Source: Trichodesmium erythraeum IMS101
GTDB lineage: Bacteria > Cyanobacteriota > Cyanobacteriia > Cyanobacteriales > Microcoleaceae
NCBI RefSeq assembly: GCF_000014265.1
Contig: NC_008312.1
Location: 1,680,001 to 1,712,000, forward strand
DNA: 32,000 bases
Direction of reading: 5' to 3'
Each line of letters begins with the position of its first letter. Position 1 is the stretch's first letter. Made by a program: the position numbers and the translations under genes. The notes below the pieces were generated by a model, which was not told the DNA's origin, did no database searches, and was given only the letters and a program-made list of their open reading frames with translations. Below, in pieces: positions 29,719-32,000 of the stretch.

Positions 29719-31734
29719 TTATGTTTTGATGATGTAATTAAGTGCATAATAAGGTGGTCGGTTTTCGAAAGGTTTATTGTTTCCTATTACCTGAAGAGCT
29801 TCACAAGAGCCAAGATTTGGCTCTCTGAGACTGTTATTAACATTGTTTGAGGTAGTCACTTTTCCATCCTTTTTTAAAATGAATTTATATTCACCCTTAC
29901 TATGATCATGGCTTGGCATTTCGTCTTTTGTTAACGTGTGCTTTTCTTCTCCGCCTTTGGCATTAAGACTGTAGGAGTAGCCATCTTTATCTCCAACACC
30001 GATGATAAATCTTCCTTTTAAATCTGGAAGAACCTTTATTTCATCAAGCACCTTGTATAATTCTGAATACTGCTCCCAGTCGTATGACTGACCATTGCAT
30101 AACAACCAACCTTCAGGGGCTGTTAAACCTGCATAAGGAACAATTGTCCCTACAGGAACGACCCAGCCAGTGCTATCTTTAATTCGTCCACACCCAACTT
30201 CTAGGTTACCTTCCTGATCAAGCAGCATCTGTGTGCGACCCCCATCACCAGGGGTTGTACTTGTTTCTTCATGACTACCTCCTAGATACCAAGCAAAGTA
30301 TCCGTTTGTTCGGAAATAAGTGGTATTGCCTTGTGTTCCAACTCCATACTCTGGACCCCATAAGTTAATTCTTTGTCCAGTCTGACCACTTTTGGCAGGA
30401 AATTGCAAATCACCGCGCGATGTTAATTCCATCAAGGGTAAGTCATTTTTCTGTTTATAAAATTTGACAGATATATCATCATTTGATGTATCGGTATCAG
30501 ACCGAAAAATCAAAGTGCCCGTGTGGTTAATTTCCCCTGGAGCATCTAGACTAATCCCATCTTTCACGGTGAGAAGTCCATCTAATGATTTGTTGGTTCC
30601 TATGCGGACTTTCTCATCAAAAACTAAGGGAGCTTTTTCAATTTGACAAACAAATTGTCCGTCTCGGTAACCATCAATATATTGATAGCGTAAATACAGG
30701 TTAGTCTCTCCTGTGGGGTGCGCTGTAGTAATACCATCCAAGTTAATTAACAAGGTTTCTTGCGAGTTTAAGACCACATCAGATTCTTGAGGAATAAACG
30801 TCCATTCCAAAGCCTTAGTTTGACCGTTAACCTGAATTTCTTCCGGACCATCACTAAGTTGCTGCCAATTATTAATAGTAATATTAACACCATTGACATC
30901 ATCTTGAGTACCTAATGCCCAAGGAACCGAATCTTTATCTCCTACTTCTAAAACAATCACTAACTGAGAACATTGATCCGAGTTTGCATTATAATTAAAG
31001 GTAATTGCTGAGTTATCTGCATTTGAAAGATTTGTGTTAGTAATTCGCAGTTGCAGACGGCTATTGTTATCGTGGGTATTGAAAACTTTATTAGAACCCA
31101 CAAAACCGACATAGAGAGGGATGTTAGATTTTCCAGATGTTTTTTTCATTTCTAATGTTAGGGTAGTTGTTGTATCATACGAATCATCTTGTCCAGGGAA
31201 TTTAACTTCCGCTATGCTAATGTTTTTCTCTCCAATTATCCAGTTAATGTTGACATCAGCGACTGCTCTGGCGCTAGCACTGTTATTAGCCAAATCAATA
31301 ACCTCTGTTAAGATAGCCTCTGTAGCACTGTTATTAGCCAAACCAGCAACCCCTGTTAAGATAACCTCTGTTTCTTGACCAGGGTTGAGGATTATTGGTG
31401 CTTCTGTCCACAATAAATACAAACACACATAGTTAGGATCTGTTTTGATATAAAGTGACCAACTTTCGGTTTCTTCAATCTTAATTTGGTCGGGATCAGC
31501 TAAAATTCCTGGCTGAAACGTTAATTTAAAATGATAATGTTCAGCACTAGCTATCGTTACCTCTGGAATGGAAGCAATTGTGATAACCTTATCAGAAAGA
31601 GTATTTCTGAGACCAATATGGAGTGGGGTAACTGTCTCAGGTGTTCCTAACAGTAAACATTGGCAATATTCTTCCTCATCTTCGTCTTCTGGCTCATAAC
31701 ACCAGAAAAACTCAAACGGCATTATGGGTGACAT
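29719..31734 (-). CDS. Phage tail-collar domain protein (671 aa; fibre/receptor-binding-like, MdpB-type C-terminus)
   Basis: The C-terminal ~144 aa (29722-30153) read VGTIVPYAG...PEGWLLCNGQSYDWEQYSELYKVL...LPDLKGRFIIGVG...GGEEKHTLTKDEMPSHDH...NRPPYYALNYII, which is the tail collar signature including HxH. The N-terminal ~520 aa look beta-rich and N/S/T-rich. The N-terminus is acidic, with no signal peptide. An aagga RBS lies ~9 nt before the ATG. Confidence 0.85.
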   Translation of the reverse strand: MSPIMPFEFFWCYEPEDEDEEEYCQCLLLGTPETVTPLHIGLRNTLSDKVITIASIPEVTIASAEHYHFKLTFQPGILADPDQIKIEETESWSLYIKTDPNYVCLYLLWTEAPIILNPGQETEVILTGVAGLANNSATEAILTEVIDLANNSASARAVADVNINWIIGEKNISIAEVKFPGQDDSYDTTTTLTLEMKKTSGKSNIPLYVGFVGSNKVFNTHDNNSRLQLRITNTNLSNADNSAITFNYNANSDQCSQLVIVLEVGDKDSVPWALGTQDDVNGVNITINNWQQLSDGPEEIQVNGQTKALEWTFIPQESDVVLNSQETLLINLDGITTAHPTGETNLYLRYQYIDGYRDGQFVCQIEKAPLVFDEKVRIGTNKSLDGLLTVKDGISLDAPGEINHTGTLIFRSDTDTSNDDISVKFYKQKNDLPLMELTSRGDLQFPAKSGQTGQRINLWGPEYGVGTQGNTTYFRTNGYFAWYLGGSHEETSTTPGDGGRTQMLLDQEGNLEVGCGRIKDSTGWVVPVGTIVPYAGLTAPEGWLLCNGQSYDWEQYSELYKVLDEIKVLPDLKGRFIIGVGDKDGYSYSLNAKGGEEKHTLTKDEMPSHDHSKGEYKFILKKDGKVTTSNNVNNSLREPNLGSCEALQVIGNNKPFENRPPYYALNYIIKT
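31276..31371. repeat. In-frame 48-nt tandem duplication (2 units) inside the tail-collar protein gene
   Basis: The units at 31276-31323 and 31324-31371 differ at 5 of 48 positions, all transitions. They encode TEVILTGVAGLANNSA and TEAILTEVIDLANNSA. Confidence 0.9.
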
Positions 31735-31810
31735 AAACTTAGTTCCTTCATATTAGTTATAAGTTGTATAGTATGCTTGATGACACTATATTGTTATTCT
31801 TTGATTAAGT

Positions 31811-31968
31811 CAATAGAGCTGTCGCTAAACAGAGGGAAAAATCGCTCTAACTTAGACGGAGCAAAAGTTTTATTTTTCTTGTTTTCCAATAGCTACAATC
31901 TTTGCTGAACTTGGTTTTAGGTGATTTTTTAAGTGATAAAGCGACAAGTCTAATGCTCCCCTTATACT
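31811..31968 (-). repeat. Right copy of the ~157-bp inverted repeat (partner at 23171-23327)
   Basis: The reverse complement of 31811-31968 aligns with 23171-23327. It lies 77-235 nt upstream of the tail-collar gene start, so it overlaps that gene's likely promoter and 5' UTR. Confidence 0.8.
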
Positions 31969-32000
31969 AAACTTAACCCAAACTTACATGGATCAGGAAT

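Noticed and set aside
31276-31371. Possibility that the 48-nt repeat pair is a DGR template/variable repeat
   Set aside because: The copies are adjacent and in the same ORF. The five differences are all transitions rather than adenine-specific substitutions, and no reverse transcriptase gene is in the window.
30464-31378. Plus-strand ORFs 30464..30646 and 31121..31378
   Set aside because: They are antisense shadow ORFs within the 671-aa tail-collar protein gene.

Overview
AT-rich cyanobacterial chromosome segment. The HIP1 octamer GCGATCGC recurs (e.g. ~3782, ~6897, ~22375, ~24892, ~26585, ~28046), and the long ORF-free AT-rich spacers and many decayed genes resemble Trichodesmium-like filamentous cyanobacteria; that taxon call is inference only. 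Summing the ORFs I accept, about 16.5 of 32 kb is intact CDS.

Layout:
- 0.8-1.6 kb: mazEF-type toxin-antitoxin pair.
- ~1.55-1.77 kb: decayed copy of the metH 3' end, then about 2.07 kb without ORFs.
- 3.9-7.5 kb: intact metH, carrying an in-frame (NG)10 hexanucleotide microsatellite.
- 8.8-10.1 kb: receiver/histidine-kinase hybrid whose catalytic residues all look substituted.
- 10.5-17.7 kb: PhzF-family isomerase, a decayed HSDR_N-like gene, SDR, GMC flavoprotein, Asp/Asn beta-hydroxylase-like protein and an ABC-2 permease.
- 18.3 kb: small secreted protein.
- 18.8-21.3 kb: a 69-bp MITE, and a DUF4347/RTX-like gene killed by an IS insertion.
- 21.5-23.2 kb: pgm.
- 23.2-31.9 kb: accessory segment bracketed by a ~157-bp inverted repeat. 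It holds three more dead IS elements (IS5-family, Harbinger-like DDE, IS1-family) and one intact two-gene module.

The two-gene module is my best candidate for an undescribed system. It pairs a 671-aa protein with a phage tail-collar (T4 gp12-like) C-terminus with a 657-aa protein I cannot assign to any family. I found no rRNA, tRNA or CRISPR array. All family calls come from motif recognition by eye; no searches were run.
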